Positions 62,101-64,000 of a stretch of DNA of 64,000 nt are shown piece by piece. The stretch comes from Candidatus Doudnabacteria bacterium (GTDB taxonomy: Bacteria > Patescibacteriota > Doudnabacteria > UBA920), in contig CAVYGQ010000001.1 of assembly GCA_963768175.1 (NCBI GenBank), positions 574,305-638,304 on the forward strand. Reading direction: 5' to 3'. The notes under the pieces were generated by a model. The model worked only from the letters and a program-made list of their open reading frames with translations. It did no database searches and was not told the origin of the DNA. Position numbers and translations under genes: made by a program. The stretch's first letter is position 1. Each line of letters begins with the position of its first letter.

Positions 62101-63201
62101 ATGCAGGAAATCAGCGATTCCTTTTATCTACATGGTTTAAATCTATTGCCCCAGTTCGGGCCCGCGCGGCTTGCCATTTTGTCCACACATTTTGATAGTT
62201 TTAAGGACGCTTTTTTGGCAACGGAAAATCAGCTTGTTTTAGCCGGCATAGATCCGGAAATAGCCAAAAACTTTTTGGCTTTGCGCGAAAAAATAAATCT
62301 TGAGGGAGAAGCGGAAAAGCTGGACAAAGAGCAAATAAAAATTTTAACCTTTCGGGATAAAAATTATCCCAAACTACTTTTGGAAATTCCAAAATCCCCG
62401 CCCATCCTTTACTATAAAGGACAAATGGACTCGGCCGATGAGCTGTGCGTGGCCGTAGTCGGCACCAGGATGATGAGCAATTACGGCCGGACGGTCACTC
62501 CCTTTTTGGTGGAACCGCTGGTAGATTTAGGCTGCGTCATAGTTTCCGGCATGGCTTTTGGCGTGGACTCATGCGCCCACGAAGTAGCGGTAAAAAAAGG
62601 CCGGCGCACCATTGCGGTTTTGGGCGGCGGTTTGGATGAAAGAAGTTTATATCCCAAACACCACGCCTTATTGGCAAAAGAAATTATAGACAACGGCGGC
62701 GCCTTGATTTCCGAATATCCAACCGGCACGCCGAATTTTAAACAAAACTTTGTGGCGCGTAACCGGATTATTTCCGGCTTGTGCGTGGCAACGTTAATCG
62801 TGGAGTGTGATTTGCAAAGCGGCACACTGATTACCGCCAAACACGCGCTGGACCAAAACCGCAGCGTGTACGCCGTACCGGGCCCGATTTACGCGACAAC
62901 CAGCCAAGGCCCGAACAATTTAATTAAAATGGGAGCCAAGCTGATAACCGAAGCCAACGATATTCTGGACGATTTAAACTTAAAAGCCCTGCCCGAGCAG
63001 CAAGCGGCCAAGGCAACGTTTGGCGATACCAAAGAAGAATCCGTGTTATTAAAACTTCTAAATTTTGAACCAATTATCATCAACGAGCTGATAAAACAAT
63101 CGGGGCTGGAAGCCTCGGCCGTGACTTCGGCTTTGACTTTTTTGGAAATGAAGGGTAAAGTAAGGAATTTGGGAGGGCAGCAGTATGTGCTGGCAAGATA
63201 G
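62101..63201 (+). CDS. dprA: DNA-processing protein DprA
   Basis: YP.LL.EI..PP, AVVGTR, VSGMAFGVD..AH, RNRIISGL, SGTLITA, VPG, LIKMGA. Confidence 0.97.
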   Translation: MQEISDSFYLHGLNLLPQFGPARLAILSTHFDSFKDAFLATENQLVLAGIDPEIAKNFLALREKINLEGEAEKLDKEQIKILTFRDKNYPKLLLEIPKSPPILYYKGQMDSADELCVAVVGTRMMSNYGRTVTPFLVEPLVDLGCVIVSGMAFGVDSCAHEVAVKKGRRTIAVLGGGLDERSLYPKHHALLAKEIIDNGGALISEYPTGTPNFKQNFVARNRIISGLCVATLIVECDLQSGTLITAKHALDQNRSVYAVPGPIYATTSQGPNNLIKMGAKLITEANDILDDLNLKALPEQQAAKATFGDTKEESVLLKLLNFEPIIINELIKQSGLEASAVTSALTFLEMKGKVRNLGGQQYVLAR

Positions 63202-63322
63202 CAAAAGTCATATTACCATTTTATCATACTAACATTCTAACATTTTAACATGCATAGCGAAAGCAGATACAGGCATGATAAGATGATAAAATGATAGGAT
63301 GTTAAGATGTTAAAATGATACT

Positions 63323-64000
63323 ATGCCTAAACACTGGAAAATCGCAGCTCCCGTTTTTGCAATCATCGTGGTAATCACGGCTGTGGCATACTACAAATCC
63401 CCTAGCTTGTTTGGCCGGCGCACCTCCCTGACCAAAATGCCCGATACCTCCGGCGGCAGCCTGCAAAGTTACTTAGACTTGGCGCAAAGTTTAAACCCGC
63501 GCGGCACCAATGCCACCACTTCCGTGACCTTTTTGGCCGTGGGCGACATTATGCTTAGCCGAAACGTAGCCATGACAAGTTTTAAAGCTCTGGATGTCGA
63601 TCTGCCATTCCGGCAGATGGCAGACGCTCTTCAGTCTACGAATTTTAATTTTGCCAATTTGGAAAGTCCGTTTTACCCGGCTGAACATCCGTGCATTGCG
63701 AGCGGCACCGAAGGAATCGTCGGCGGACATTCTATGATATTTGGAGCGCCATGCAATATGGTCCATGGCCTAGTTGATTTTAATTTTAAAATTTTAAATC
63801 TTGCCAATAACCATGCTTTTGACCAAGGCCTAGCGGGCGTGGATATCACCCGATCAACTCTAGATGATTTAGGTCTTACCCACGAGGGCACCGGAGACAA
63901 TCTTGATGAAGCCTGGACGCCGGCAATTGCAACTGCCAACGGCATTAAGATTTGTTTTGTCGGCGCTTCATACGCTTCCGTAAATGACGGCGGGAAAACC
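63323..64000 (+). CDS. CapA-family metallophosphatase (truncated by window end)
   Basis: Translated by eye: N-terminal TM, FLAVGDIMLSR, FANLESP, LNLANNHAFDQG. Confidence 0.9.
   Translation, partial: MPKHWKIAAPVFAIIVVITAVAYYKSPSLFGRRTSLTKMPDTSGGSLQSYLDLAQSLNPRGTNATTSVTFLAVGDIMLSRNVAMTSFKALDVDLPFRQMADALQSTNFNFANLESPFYPAEHPCIASGTEGIVGGHSMIFGAPCNMVHGLVDFNFKILNLANNHAFDQGLAGVDITRSTLDDLGLTHEGTGDNLDEAWTPAIATANGIKICFVGASYASVNDGGKT

Overview
64 kb of a small-genome bacterial chromosome; gene content and style suggest Patescibacteria/CPR (inference). It carries housekeeping genes (tal, fba, glpX, metK with a SAM-I riboswitch, HU, nusB, rpmF, groESL with CIRCE, mutM, rel, ndk, comEC, nrdJ/nrdR with a B12-salvage cluster, ftsA/ftsZ, rpsU, lepB, der, pth, dprA), three intact tRNAs, a large S-layer-like gene, a REP-associated tyrosine transposase and two accessory islands. 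The most striking signal is a population of short palindromic elements. One family (GCCCCGT...ACGGGGT) twice brackets an intact tRNA gene and sits inside a decayed copy of the same isoacceptor (nested tRNA-Gly and tRNA-Val). Other families sit in-frame in der, glpX, yqeY, pth and a putative B12 transporter, expand a SAM-I riboswitch, or break an amidohydrolase. Several single-base frameshifts are probably assembly errors. All calls are by eye; no database searches were run.
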